Of a stretch of 64,000 nt of DNA, positions 29,712-39,396 are shown one piece after another. The notes under the pieces are model-generated. The model had not been told where the DNA came from. It saw nothing but the letters and a program-made list of their open reading frames with translations, and searched no databases. Source of the stretch: an uncultured virus (IMG/VR IMGVR_UViG_3300024319_000691) (taxonomy: Duplodnaviria > Heunggongvirae > Uroviricota > Caudoviricetes); IMG/VR virus record IMGVR_UViG_3300024319_000691. One strand, 5' to 3'. Within the stretch, counting starts at the first letter, position 1. Every line of letters begins with the position of its first letter. Both the position numbers and the translations under genes were made by a program.

Positions 29712-29757
29712 TATCTTAATATTTTAGGAAAAACGTAAAAAACGTAAATATAATAAC

Positions 29758-29765
29758 AATATATA
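29758..29765 (+). promoter_or_regulatory. class 3 (late) motif AATATATA upstream of the major capsid gene
   Basis: Motif match followed by a structured leader. Confidence 0.5.
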
Positions 29766-29866
29766 GTATATCGATAATCAGATAAGAAGAAAAAATCTGA
29801 CAAACATCGAGAAGATCGTTCAATCGATCAAATTTAAACAACCATTAAAAAAAAACAAATAATAAA

Positions 29867-31306
29867 ATGGCAAATTTAATTAACTCTGCAGAAGTTAGAG
29901 AAACTTGGGCTCCGATCATCGAATCAGCTACAGGTATCAACGAAGCAGAAAAACTAGCGTGGATGTCAGAATACTGTCATAACCACAAACTTTACGAAGA
30001 TGCACACATCATGTCTTTAGGGACTGCTGGTAACATCTACGGTATGGGTAATGTATCTTTACCTTCTGCAACTGCAGACGGTTCAGGTGATAAAGCTCCT
30101 ACATTATTACCATTAGCAATGCAAGTTGCTGCACAAACTATAGGTTTAGACTTAGTACCAGTTGTACCAATGGCTGGACCAATGGGTCTTTTATCTTACT
30201 TAGACTTCGTTTACGAAGGTGGTAAATTAGCTGGAGATGTTGCTCCAACTTACATCAAAACTGACGCTGCTAAAGCTGAGGTAGATGGTAACGAATCAGG
30301 TGGATTTACTTTCACTTGGATCGGTTCTTCTAGAATTGACAACATGGATATCTATAAAGTTGCTGAAGCAGCTTCTACTTCAGGTTCTGTTGCTGATGCA
30401 ATCAACGCATTAGATACTGAAGTTGATGCAGATGATGCTACTATCGCTATTGTTAAATCAGTAGAATTAGTAAAAGGTTTAGAAGATCATATTAAAGGAT
30501 TCGCTGCTGCTGACGAAGATGGTAACCCATTCTCAAGAGGTGCAGGTGAACAAACTCCTGACAAAGTTATGGGTCTTTCTTTATTCTCAAAAAGTGTTGC
30601 TGCTGAAACTTTCCAAGTTGCTGCTGCAGTTACTAGAGAACAAGTACAAGATCTTAAACAATTCGGTGTAGATGCTGTTGCTCAAGTTGAGTCAGTATTA
30701 ACTAACGAATTAACTCAGTCAATCAACAACTTAATCTTAGCTAAACTTAATTCTTTAGGTAAAGATAACGTTACAGCTGCTGGTGTAAATTTAGACTGTA
30801 ATTTAGCATTAAATGCTGATTTCGGTGGTGAGACTATCGCTTCTAACCATAGAAGAATCTTAACTTCAATCCTTGCTGCTGCGAACTTTATCGCAAACAG
30901 AGGTAGAAGAGGTGCTGGTAACTTTTGTGTTGTAGGTCCTAAAGTGGCTACAGCTTTACAATCAGTTGCTGGTTTCGTTGCTAACCCAATGGCTAACACA
31001 TTATCACAAGCAGCAGGTGCAATCTACCCAGTAGGTTCTGTAGCTGGTGTAAATGTATACACTGACCCAAGACAAGCATGGGGAGCTAATGATTCTAATT
31101 ACGAAGTAGTAGTTGGTAGAAAAGGTGACGGTAATGGTCCTGGATTAGTATTCATGCCTTACTTAATGGCTGAATCAGTACAAACAATCGCTGAAGGAAC
31201 TATGGCTCCTAAAGTAGCTGTTAAATCTAGATTCGCATTAGTTGAAGCAGGTTTCCACCCAGAAACTCAATATGTTACATACGAAGTTAAAGGATTAGCT
31301 CTTTAA
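29867..31306 (+). CDS. major capsid protein (gp23-like)
   Basis: VPVVPMAGPMG, EQVQDLK, RRGAGNF, VYTDP, FMPY, KSRFAL. Confidence 0.92.
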   Translation: MANLINSAEVRETWAPIIESATGINEAEKLAWMSEYCHNHKLYEDAHIMSLGTAGNIYGMGNVSLPSATADGSGDKAPTLLPLAMQVAAQTIGLDLVPVVPMAGPMGLLSYLDFVYEGGKLAGDVAPTYIKTDAAKAEVDGNESGGFTFTWIGSSRIDNMDIYKVAEAASTSGSVADAINALDTEVDADDATIAIVKSVELVKGLEDHIKGFAAADEDGNPFSRGAGEQTPDKVMGLSLFSKSVAAETFQVAAAVTREQVQDLKQFGVDAVAQVESVLTNELTQSINNLILAKLNSLGKDNVTAAGVNLDCNLALNADFGGETIASNHRRILTSILAAANFIANRGRRGAGNFCVVGPKVATALQSVAGFVANPMANTLSQAAGAIYPVGSVAGVNVYTDPRQAWGANDSNYEVVVGRKGDGNGPGLVFMPYLMAESVQTIAEGTMAPKVAVKSRFALVEAGFHPETQYVTYEVKGLAL

Positions 31307-31334
31307 TTAGAACTAACTTTTAGATTTTAATATT

Positions 31335-31365
31335 AAAGGTCCTCTATTTTAGAGGACCTTTTTTT
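31335..31365 (+). terminator. intrinsic terminator after the capsid gene
   Basis: AAAGGTCCTCT-atttt-AGAGGACCTTT followed by T-run. Confidence 0.8.
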
Positions 31366-31385
31366 GTTTCGTTGAAACTTAAACA

Positions 31386-31393
31386 GATATATA
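31386..31393 (+). promoter_or_regulatory. class 3 (late) motif GATATATA
   Basis: Motif match. Confidence 0.5.
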
Positions 31394-31426
31394 GACTATA
31401 AGTTTATAAATAAATCAATATAAAAG

Positions 31427-32800
31427 ATGAAAACATTCGAACAATGGTATAATTCTACAAAAAAGGCTGATTCAATAGATGAAGCTTCTGAAGATAATAT
31501 ACCTGTAGCTAAATCATCAACTTCAATAGAATCAGACACAACTACTGCCATAGCCTCTCCGGAAGCAACGGGAGAAGAGGGTTATTCTAAAATGATGCAA
31601 GATTGTGATGATATTATCAATTCTCTAAAAACACTTTCTGATCAACTTACGGAATCAGAAGATCAACCATTAAATGAAGCAAATCCTATGGGACAGGTGC
31701 TTATGGAAGATCCTATTATTATGGGAGCAGTTCTAGGATTAACGGCAGTTATTGGTGCAGTTGGTTTAGGTGCAAAGGCTATAAAAGATGGTGCTAAAAA
31801 TAAAAAGACCATTAAAGAAGCAGAAAAAGATTATTCTAAATTAAAGAAATTAAAAATGCAAACCGTTAAAATGGAAGTTGCAGTATTATCTTTAGAGGAT
31901 AAAAGAAGAGAACTTTCAACTACTGAATCAATCGAAGAAGCTGGAGATGATGTAAAGGCGAAGGCAAGCGCAGCAAATAAGAAAAAAGCACTTCAAAAAA
32001 TGAAAGCCAAGTTAGATAATCAAATAGAATCTATGAGGCAGAAAAAAGATGGAATTAATTCAGCTGCTACAGAATATGGATCTTCATTAGAAGTTAAATA
32101 CTCAAAGGTAAGTGGATTTGGATCTGGAAAAGTTAAAACGTTAATCGCTGATATGAGAGATCAAATCACGACAGAAGTTTCAGAATATAAGCTAGATGCA
32201 TGGGGAGATAAGATGAGTGCCGAGACTAAGAAAGATTTAAAAGAAAGAATTACAAAATCTAAACAGGCTCAAAAGGAGAGAATGGATAAAATAACAGCTG
32301 AGCAAGAGAAAAATGCTAAGAAGTTAGATGATGCAGCTAAAAATGACGAAAAGGTTAAAGCTGAGCTAGAGCAAATAAAGGCTGAAAAAGAAAAAGGAAA
32401 AGAAAAAGAAGAAGCTCCAGAAGAAACTCCAGAAGAAACTCCAACGGAGACTCCGGAAGAAACTCCAGAAAAAGAAGATGATTTCGATGCATTTGGAACG
32501 GATGGAGACGATGAAGAATCTCCTGAAGAAGAAACGGAAGAAGTCGATAAGACAGATAACTCAAAGGAAGGAATGACCAAAAGAGTTGATGCTGTTATTG
32601 CAAAGGCAGAAGAGAGTGGAGATGAAGCAAAGCTTAAAAAAGCAAAAGAACTTAAAGCTAAAATTCTTGCAAAAGAATCTTGGCAATTAAATAATACTAA
32701 ATTAGGGTTAATATTTGAATCCGATCTTAGAAAAATGGAAATGGAATCTTTAATACAAGAGTCTATTTCAGTTAAAGATCGTTTCTCTAAACTAATCTAA
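31427..32800 (+). CDS. putative internal head/ejection protein (hydrophobic segment, coiled coil, ETPE repeats)
   Basis: MKTFEQWYN N-terminus; GAVLGLTAVIGAVGLG segment; acidic repeats. Confidence 0.55.
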   Translation: MKTFEQWYNSTKKADSIDEASEDNIPVAKSSTSIESDTTTAIASPEATGEEGYSKMMQDCDDIINSLKTLSDQLTESEDQPLNEANPMGQVLMEDPIIMGAVLGLTAVIGAVGLGAKAIKDGAKNKKTIKEAEKDYSKLKKLKMQTVKMEVAVLSLEDKRRELSTTESIEEAGDDVKAKASAANKKKALQKMKAKLDNQIESMRQKKDGINSAATEYGSSLEVKYSKVSGFGSGKVKTLIADMRDQITTEVSEYKLDAWGDKMSAETKKDLKERITKSKQAQKERMDKITAEQEKNAKKLDDAAKNDEKVKAELEQIKAEKEKGKEKEEAPEETPEETPTETPEETPEKEDDFDAFGTDGDDEESPEEETEEVDKTDNSKEGMTKRVDAVIAKAEESGDEAKLKKAKELKAKILAKESWQLNNTKLGLIFESDLRKMEMESLIQESISVKDRFSKLI

Positions 32801-33304
32801 ATTCTTTTTAGAATTTTTACGAGCTAAATTTAGAAACTCCTGTTGTTGATTCAATAGGAGTTTTTTTATGTGCTTACGGAACTCTATCGATGACTTAAGT
32901 ATTCTAGCATCTACCATAGGAGCCAGTAATGCATCATGATACTCTGGATGAACAAAGTTTTCCAAGCTAAAGTTATCAGTCTTAGATCTGATAGGTTTAC
33001 CAGATAGTGCACAGACCCAATCTATTGTGTTATAGTTTTCTTTAAGATCTTCCATCTTCACAAACGAATCAGTAGACCAATCATAATAATACTTATTTTT
33101 AGAGGAAGTATATCTATGTTGACATATATTGAATATGATATGAACGAACTGATCGCTTTCACACCTTTCACCTAAAATAGGATTTTCTATTAATAGTCTC
33201 TTCTGCTGTCTTGCAAGATTTGATAACTTAATTCCAAATCTATTAGAATAAGGAGAATGAGGGGAAACCCTTTCCAATTTGGGATATTTTTTATTATATG
33301 CCAT
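32792..33304 (-). CDS. hypothetical protein
   Basis: 170-aa ORF filling the gap; GAATAAATA upstream on the minus strand. Confidence 0.7.
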   Translation of the reverse strand: MAYNKKYPKLERVSPHSPYSNRFGIKLSNLARQQKRLLIENPILGERCESDQFVHIIFNICQHRYTSSKNKYYYDWSTDSFVKMEDLKENYNTIDWVCALSGKPIRSKTDNFSLENFVHPEYHDALLAPMVDARILKSSIEFRKHIKKLLLNQQQEFLNLARKNSKKNLD

Positions 33305-33320
33305 ATAGTATTTATTCGTG

Positions 33321-33347
33321 AAACAAAACAGCTATATTATGTATAAT
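33321..33347 (+). promoter_or_regulatory. class 2 promoter AAAC-N17-TATAAT
   Basis: Motif match upstream of clamp loader. Confidence 0.6.
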
Positions 33348-33363
33348 TATTAAACAAATTTAC

Positions 33364-34314
33364 ATGGTTCACACACTGTTCACAGAAAAATATCGTCCAA
33401 ATAACTTAGACGAGTTGATTTTACCAGAAAGAGTAATGTCAAAATTTAAAGATGGTCTAACTCAAAATGTACTTTTGGCTGGAAGCCCTGGTACTGGTAA
33501 GACATCTACTGCGAAGGCGATTGTTAAGCAATTCGAACTTCCTTATATTTACATCAATGCATCAACTGATACTTCAGTAGATGTTATTAGAACCAGGATT
33601 ATGGATTTCTGTTCTACTATGTCTATCTTAGATGATCAAGGTAAGATGAAAATAGTTATCCTCGATGAGGTAGATGGTGTATCTGATCAATTCTTTAAAG
33701 CTCTTCGTGCTACTATGGAACAATTTGCATCTAATTCAAGGTTTATTGCAACCTGTAATTATGTAAATAAAATTCCAGATCCAATTCTTTCAAGGTTCGA
33801 AGTAATTAATTTCGACTTTGATAAAGAAGAAGAGAGCGAATTGACAAAGAAATATATTAGACGAGTATATGATATATGTGGAAAAGAAGAAATGACAATA
33901 GAAAAACCAGCATTGGTTGAATTTGTCCGTAGAAACTTCCCAGATCTTCGCTCGACACTTAATAAATTACAAGGATATAAGTCAGAAGGAACGAGTAAGA
34001 TTACATTAAATGATGTTAAAAAGTTTAACTCAGTCTATAAAGATGTTTTTGAATTAATCTTTAATGAAACAGACCCTGTTAAAAACTATAAGTATTTAGT
34101 AGGTGAATATTCAAATAGAACAGATGAAATACTTCAAACATTAGGAGAAGAGTTCATAGACTATATTCAATCAGAGAAAGGAAATAGCGCAAAGCATATT
34201 CCTCAAATTGCAGTAACTGTAGCAGAACATCAGGCACAAAGGGTTCACGTAATTGACCCAGCGATAACCATGCTAAGTTGTATATATAAGCTACAAGAAA
34301 TAATTAGAAATTAA
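33364..34314 (+). CDS. clamp loader large subunit (gp44/RFC-like)
   Basis: EKYRP, GSPGTGKT, ILDEVD, TCNY, SRF, PDLR. Confidence 0.92.
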   Translation: MVHTLFTEKYRPNNLDELILPERVMSKFKDGLTQNVLLAGSPGTGKTSTAKAIVKQFELPYIYINASTDTSVDVIRTRIMDFCSTMSILDDQGKMKIVILDEVDGVSDQFFKALRATMEQFASNSRFIATCNYVNKIPDPILSRFEVINFDFDKEEESELTKKYIRRVYDICGKEEMTIEKPALVEFVRRNFPDLRSTLNKLQGYKSEGTSKITLNDVKKFNSVYKDVFELIFNETDPVKNYKYLVGEYSNRTDEILQTLGEEFIDYIQSEKGNSAKHIPQIAVTVAEHQAQRVHVIDPAITMLSCIYKLQEIIRN

Positions 34315-34325
34315 TTGCTGAAATA

Positions 34326-34357
34326 TTTTTTTATCTCAGAAATTTTGCTTATATTAG
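34326..34357 (+). promoter_or_regulatory. class 1 (early) promoter repeat, copy 2
   Basis: TTTTTTTATCTCAGAAATTTTGCTTATATTAG. Confidence 0.7.
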
Positions 34358-34375
34358 TAATATAAAACAAAACAC

Positions 34376-35602
34376 ATGAAACTAGGAAAACATACATTGT
34401 TAATTGACGGTAACTATTTTTTACACAGTAGACTATTCGTTCTACCTAGGCCTAAAGGTAAACAATTATTAGGCGATAAAGAATCACAATCTCAACTTAT
34501 GAGAAAGCTATGTATTGACTTCGCCTCAGAAGTTCGTAAAATGGCTCCTTTTGTAGACCAGATTGTTGTTGCAGTTGATGCTAAATCATGGCGTAAAGAT
34601 CTTTTTCCTGATGCACAATATAAAGGAACTAGAACACATGACGATTCTATTAATTGGAAAGCAGTCTTCGGTGTTTATGCTGAATGGCAAAAAATACTAG
34701 AACAAAAGGGTATTATTATCCACCAGGTTCAAGGTGCAGAAGCAGATGATGTAATGTACGGCTGGTCTACTCAATTAAATAGCGAAGGTAAAAATTGCAT
34801 TGCATGGACAGGTGATAGAGATTTAATTCAACTCGTAAACTACAATCAAGCGACAGATGCATATACACTATGGTATTATAATTCTAAGAAAAAGCTTATT
34901 GCCTTTGAAGGTTTCGAAGATGTAATGGCATCTAGAAAAACATCTACAATGACCAATGACGAATTGTTATTCAACATTGCCTCAGAAGAAGCAACGTACG
35001 ACAAGCTAAAGGAAGACTTCCAGGCATGGATGGATAAGAACAGAGTAGAAGTTCAAGAAATTAACTGTGACGACTTTGTATTCGGTAAAATCCTACAAGG
35101 TGACAAATCAGATAATATTCCTTCAGTTATTACATGGACTAAAGCTGCATCTAATGGCAAGATCAGAAACTATTCACTTACAGAAAAACATTGTGTAAAG
35201 ATCTTAGAACAATATAAGAAAGAAGAAAGCGAATTTACAATAGAACACTTTTTCAATAGAGGTCAAGTAAATAAGCTAGTAGATATTATTTATAGAGTTG
35301 TTGGTAAATCTGATCCTAAGGAAATCAGAATTAGATTTAATCAAAACTTAGATCTAGTTCTTCTTCACTATAATACTATTCCCCTTGCAATTCAAAAAGG
35401 TATTTATAATAATATTGAAGCAGATAGAAATGTTTTACCAGAGTTCTCTAATATCACTCAGATGGAAAAGATCTTAGAAGGAACAGATTGGATGGCAAAG
35501 AAATCACAGGGTGCTCCTAAAAAGTATGATGCCTTCGCAGGATTAAAAGAAGATAGTAGCAAGGAAAGACCTTCTACTAAGAAATTGAACGAACTTTTTT
35601 AA
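34376..35602 (+). CDS. rnh: 5'-3' exonuclease / RNase H (T4 rnh-like, FEN family)
   Basis: LIDGN, SWRK..YKGTR, EADD, GDRDLIQL, GDKSDNIP. Confidence 0.85.
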   Translation: MKLGKHTLLIDGNYFLHSRLFVLPRPKGKQLLGDKESQSQLMRKLCIDFASEVRKMAPFVDQIVVAVDAKSWRKDLFPDAQYKGTRTHDDSINWKAVFGVYAEWQKILEQKGIIIHQVQGAEADDVMYGWSTQLNSEGKNCIAWTGDRDLIQLVNYNQATDAYTLWYYNSKKKLIAFEGFEDVMASRKTSTMTNDELLFNIASEEATYDKLKEDFQAWMDKNRVEVQEINCDDFVFGKILQGDKSDNIPSVITWTKAASNGKIRNYSLTEKHCVKILEQYKKEESEFTIEHFFNRGQVNKLVDIIYRVVGKSDPKEIRIRFNQNLDLVLLHYNTIPLAIQKGIYNNIEADRNVLPEFSNITQMEKILEGTDWMAKKSQGAPKKYDAFAGLKEDSSKERPSTKKLNELF

Positions 35603-35603
35603 T

Positions 35604-35630
35604 AAACTTATAGCAAGTTTACAGTATAAT
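35604..35630 (+). promoter_or_regulatory. class 2 promoter AAAC-N17-TATAAT
   Basis: Motif match. Confidence 0.6.
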
Positions 35631-35634
35631 TTAT

Positions 35635-36066
35635 ATGCTAGACGAAACAAAATTATTTGATTTTGTAAAGATCATGTTTACAAAACCTAATCAATACAAG
35701 AACGTAAAGAACTTTAATAAGAAGAGACACCACTTCATGATTAACAGATTTTTTGCTATTAAATATCCATCAAATGCACAGTTATTTAATGTGAATGGAA
35801 TTAATGGCAATGCAGTTATAGATAGTTGGCACATGGTATCTTCAAGATTTCGTTCAGTTCCAGGGTGGATCTATACTAAAACTAAGAAGGCAGCTCCAAA
35901 ACCTAAAAAATCAAAAAAAGAATATATACCTAAAGAAGAAACAATTAAATTCTTTTTACAAAGAAATGAAATTGGAATGAGAGAGTTCAATGATCTTAAG
36001 AAATTCAACCCGGTTGAATTAAATAATAATCTATTGGAATTAGAAAACACAATGCAGGTATATTAA
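35635..36066 (+). CDS. possible clamp loader small subunit (gp62-like)
   Basis: LFDFVK...FMINRFF...W pattern, size, and proximity to gp44. Confidence 0.45.
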   Translation: MLDETKLFDFVKIMFTKPNQYKNVKNFNKKRHHFMINRFFAIKYPSNAQLFNVNGINGNAVIDSWHMVSSRFRSVPGWIYTKTKKAAPKPKKSKKEYIPKEETIKFFLQRNEIGMREFNDLKKFNPVELNNNLLELENTMQVY

Positions 36067-36720
36067 ATGATTAGTTACTACGACTTTAATGATGTGGCTA
36101 CGGTTGTTGACGCCACCCTATTCAAATATAATTACATCGACAATAAGATTCTTACACTAGTAAAGAATCAATTAGACTATAGGGTCGTTAATGATGGATC
36201 TCTTCTAGTAAGTAAAGAGCAATTATCTTTGTTTTTAAAAGAAAACTTTCAATCCGATATTAATAGAATTAATGCAACTGGTTTTGAACAATTTCATAAA
36301 GAAGCAACTACTATCTATTTTCTACATAAGATTTTAAATGATTTTACAAATCTAGAATATGTTAAACTGACTATCAATAAGAATAAATCTTATAGTAGAT
36401 TATCTGACATAGATGGAATTAAGACTCTTAGATTTAATTTTAAAGTATTGGCAGGAACATTAAGGCTATATGATATATTTCAACAAGAAAAAGATTTACA
36501 AGAAATAAACTCTATTTTAATTTCACTAGGTCTTATGAAAAAGAATGTTCCTTACGCAAGGCACAATGCTTCTCATATATTTAATGCCTTAGATTCTTTT
36601 GTAAGATCGAGAGAAGGTTCAGATGGAAAAGAATTTGATACTGCATTAGATCTAATGGACTGCATAGAAGCTAAGATCCAAGATGATAATCCCAAAATAA
36701 TGTTAATCACTGATTACTAG
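36067..36720 (+). CDS. hypothetical protein
   Basis: 217-aa coupled ORF. Confidence 0.7.
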   Translation: MISYYDFNDVATVVDATLFKYNYIDNKILTLVKNQLDYRVVNDGSLLVSKEQLSLFLKENFQSDINRINATGFEQFHKEATTIYFLHKILNDFTNLEYVKLTINKNKSYSRLSDIDGIKTLRFNFKVLAGTLRLYDIFQQEKDLQEINSILISLGLMKKNVPYARHNASHIFNALDSFVRSREGSDGKEFDTALDLMDCIEAKIQDDNPKIMLITDY

Positions 36721-36731
36721 CTTTCTTTAAC

Positions 36732-36740
36732 GAATATATA
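36732..36740 (+). promoter_or_regulatory. class 3 (late) motif GAATATATA
   Basis: Motif match. Confidence 0.5.
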
Positions 36741-36761
36741 GACAAAAGAACTAGATATTAA

Positions 36762-38711
36762 ATGGTAACAGGATATACTGCAAACGCAAACGGAGATCAA
36801 CTCATAGCATCCCTACAAGATCCTTTTCAGAACGTAATAAAGATTACGGATTGGGAAATTATAGCAGGTTTAACAACACCACAGACAAAGGGTGTAGTTA
36901 TATTGAATGCAGGATCTCCAACAGTAATAGGAATGGGAACAGATTTTACATTTCTAGCCAATGGTGATGAAATTGTATTAGGAAATAAGATATTTCAAAT
37001 TAGTTCCGTACCAGACGCATACACCCTGGAATTAACAACGTCACCCCAGTTTTCAACACAACCATCTGGAATAGAATTTTTCTTAGTTCCTAATGAATTA
37101 AATAAATTTGATTATGAATTTAGATGGTCACAGACTGGTGGATCTTTTTCAGAATTTTCAGAATTAAATAAAACTTCAAACATCGGAGATTTATTCAGTT
37201 TAGATTTTAATAATACACTTCCACTTTACATTGACCTAAAAGCAGAAGTATCTTCATTATCCGGAGGTAACTCTTTATCTCTTATTTCAATCACATATAC
37301 TACACAGACTGAAGACGGTATTGTTGAAGCATGTCCTAACTTTTGTGTTGAGTGTTTAGATCCCTTTTCAATGGACGGATGTGCAAACATTATCGTAGAA
37401 GAATGTAATGATAATTTATTTAATCCATATAATTTAAGTAAATCTACTAAATTTGTAAAACAAATCACAGGATTAGTAAGCAATATATTTGGCCATGAAG
37501 TAAACTATTTTAGAACTGAACCAGATATGAGAACAGAAGATGTTACTCTTATGGAATATAGTTTACATGATGTAGTAGATAATAAAAACATAAAGATATT
37601 AGTCCCGGGAAATGAATTTCCTGAAGAAAGTATAACTTTCGATATATTCGGAATGGATTTTGCAGACTTTGAAATTCACATTACTCAAGAAGAATTTGAT
37701 AGAGCGTTTGGTGAAAGAGATTCTCAAGGAAATTTAATAAAAAGCAGATATCCTAGATCTAAGGATTACATGTATATTCCTATTATTAATAGAATGTATG
37801 AAGTTCATACCATAGCTTTAGCTGACGAGTTTAATAAGACCAATTCATACTGGAGAGTAATGCTGAAGAAATATCAAGAAAGAACTTCAGTTAATAAAAA
37901 TACATTCAACGCCGCAACTGACACGTTAACCACTGGAATCGAAGAAGTTTTTGGAGAAAGACAAAGGGAAGAGCAGGAAAAGGTTTCGAATCCGCAGCAA
38001 TTTCAAACAGTTATTTCTACACACAAGGATGGTATTAGAAATTTCTATAATAAAGATTTACAAATAATAGATTTTGAATTAAAAAACAGATGGACAATTG
38101 TTAGTAAAAATTATTATGACTTATCTGGAGTAGCGGAAGGAGATTTATGTATCGAATATGATGCACCATCTAGTCTAGAAACAGGCAAAAACATGGCAAT
38201 TTCCGGATGGTTTAATCCACAGTTTGAAATTGGAAGTGGAGATCATTTCATAATAGGAGATCCAACCGCGCTTACAGGATTTAAAACTTATTTAAACGAT
38301 TCAGAATTTAAAATAATGGTTAATGGAAATACAGTTACATTTAACCACGGCCTTTCTTTAGAAAAAAGATGGTATGGATTTACTTTAAATATAAGTAATG
38401 AATTTTCCACAACTAGTTTAAGTATTTATAACTTAAATGAATCTGGATTACCTCAAAGCGCAACCTCTCAATTAACTGAAGTGTTTAATGAAGTTAAACC
38501 TTCGGGCTTAGTTTGGAACTCTAATTCTAATTTCCAAATAAGAGGAAATAGTATGTATATGACCAACATTAGAGTATTCGATCAAATGATAGAAGAAGAA
38601 CAAAGATCTAATATATTAAATCAATATATAGTTAGAGATAATCAACTTGCTAAATTAATAGACAATGCAATACCTAGTATTGGGTTTCAGAAATTTAGAC
38701 ACACTAGGTAA
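36762..38711 (+). CDS. neck protein (gp14-like core) with extra N- and C-terminal beta-rich domains
   Basis: Central FGHEVNYF...FGMDF..EIHI...F...PRSKDYMYIPIINRMYEV resembles gp14. Confidence 0.55.
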   Translation: MVTGYTANANGDQLIASLQDPFQNVIKITDWEIIAGLTTPQTKGVVILNAGSPTVIGMGTDFTFLANGDEIVLGNKIFQISSVPDAYTLELTTSPQFSTQPSGIEFFLVPNELNKFDYEFRWSQTGGSFSEFSELNKTSNIGDLFSLDFNNTLPLYIDLKAEVSSLSGGNSLSLISITYTTQTEDGIVEACPNFCVECLDPFSMDGCANIIVEECNDNLFNPYNLSKSTKFVKQITGLVSNIFGHEVNYFRTEPDMRTEDVTLMEYSLHDVVDNKNIKILVPGNEFPEESITFDIFGMDFADFEIHITQEEFDRAFGERDSQGNLIKSRYPRSKDYMYIPIINRMYEVHTIALADEFNKTNSYWRVMLKKYQERTSVNKNTFNAATDTLTTGIEEVFGERQREEQEKVSNPQQFQTVISTHKDGIRNFYNKDLQIIDFELKNRWTIVSKNYYDLSGVAEGDLCIEYDAPSSLETGKNMAISGWFNPQFEIGSGDHFIIGDPTALTGFKTYLNDSEFKIMVNGNTVTFNHGLSLEKRWYGFTLNISNEFSTTSLSIYNLNESGLPQSATSQLTEVFNEVKPSGLVWNSNSNFQIRGNSMYMTNIRVFDQMIEEEQRSNILNQYIVRDNQLAKLIDNAIPSIGFQKFRHTR

Positions 38712-38715
38712 TTAG

Positions 38716-38723
38716 GATATATA
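38716..38723 (+). promoter_or_regulatory. class 3 (late) motif GATATATA
   Basis: Motif match. Confidence 0.5.
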
Positions 38724-38743
38724 ATCCTATAAAACAATAACTT

Positions 38744-39394
38744 ATGTCAGAAGAAAAGAAGTCAATAAAAGACCAAGCAGAAGATATTAGAAAAGAGCTT
38801 GATGAACTTATTGGTGAAAGTGTAGATATAACAGAGGCTACGGATACTGATCCAGCGTTTCTTCCACTTCAACCAAAGGAAGTTCTTCCATCATTTGGAG
38901 AACTTAAAACAAGATCTACTAAAACAGCTAAGAAAACTATAACAGCCCTTATGAAATTTTATCTTGCAGAAGATATAATTGAAAAGGATGAATATATCGC
39001 TGCTAAGAAAAAGATGGATGAGATGACAATGTCTTCTTTAGTTTATCAATTACAAGCAGGTGAAAGAGCTCTTACAACACTATTAGAAACTATCGAAGAT
39101 GGCGAATTAGCTCCAAGAATGTTTGAAGTTCTTGCAACTTTACAGAAATCAATGCTAGATATTATTAAATCCCAAACAATGTATTTAATGGCAACTGAAG
39201 AAAGTGCTAAACGAATTTCTAGAGATATAGAAATTTACAAGAAAAGAGATGATGTTAGGGAAATAGAAGAATCAGGAGGTTCCACTGGTGATTCTGCGGT
39301 TCAAAGAGGAACTAAAGATCTTATGAGAATGATTCGTTCTGGAATCGATTCAGAAACTCAAGATATCGAAGATGTAGAACCTAACGAAGAATAA
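38744..39394 (+). CDS. terminase small subunit (gp16-like)
   Basis: PRMFEVLATL motif; directly upstream of large terminase. Confidence 0.7.
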   Translation: MSEEKKSIKDQAEDIRKELDELIGESVDITEATDTDPAFLPLQPKEVLPSFGELKTRSTKTAKKTITALMKFYLAEDIIEKDEYIAAKKKMDEMTMSSLVYQLQAGERALTTLLETIEDGELAPRMFEVLATLQKSMLDIIKSQTMYLMATEESAKRISRDIEIYKKRDDVREIEESGGSTGDSAVQRGTKDLMRMIRSGIDSETQDIEDVEPNEE

Positions 39395-39396
39395 CA

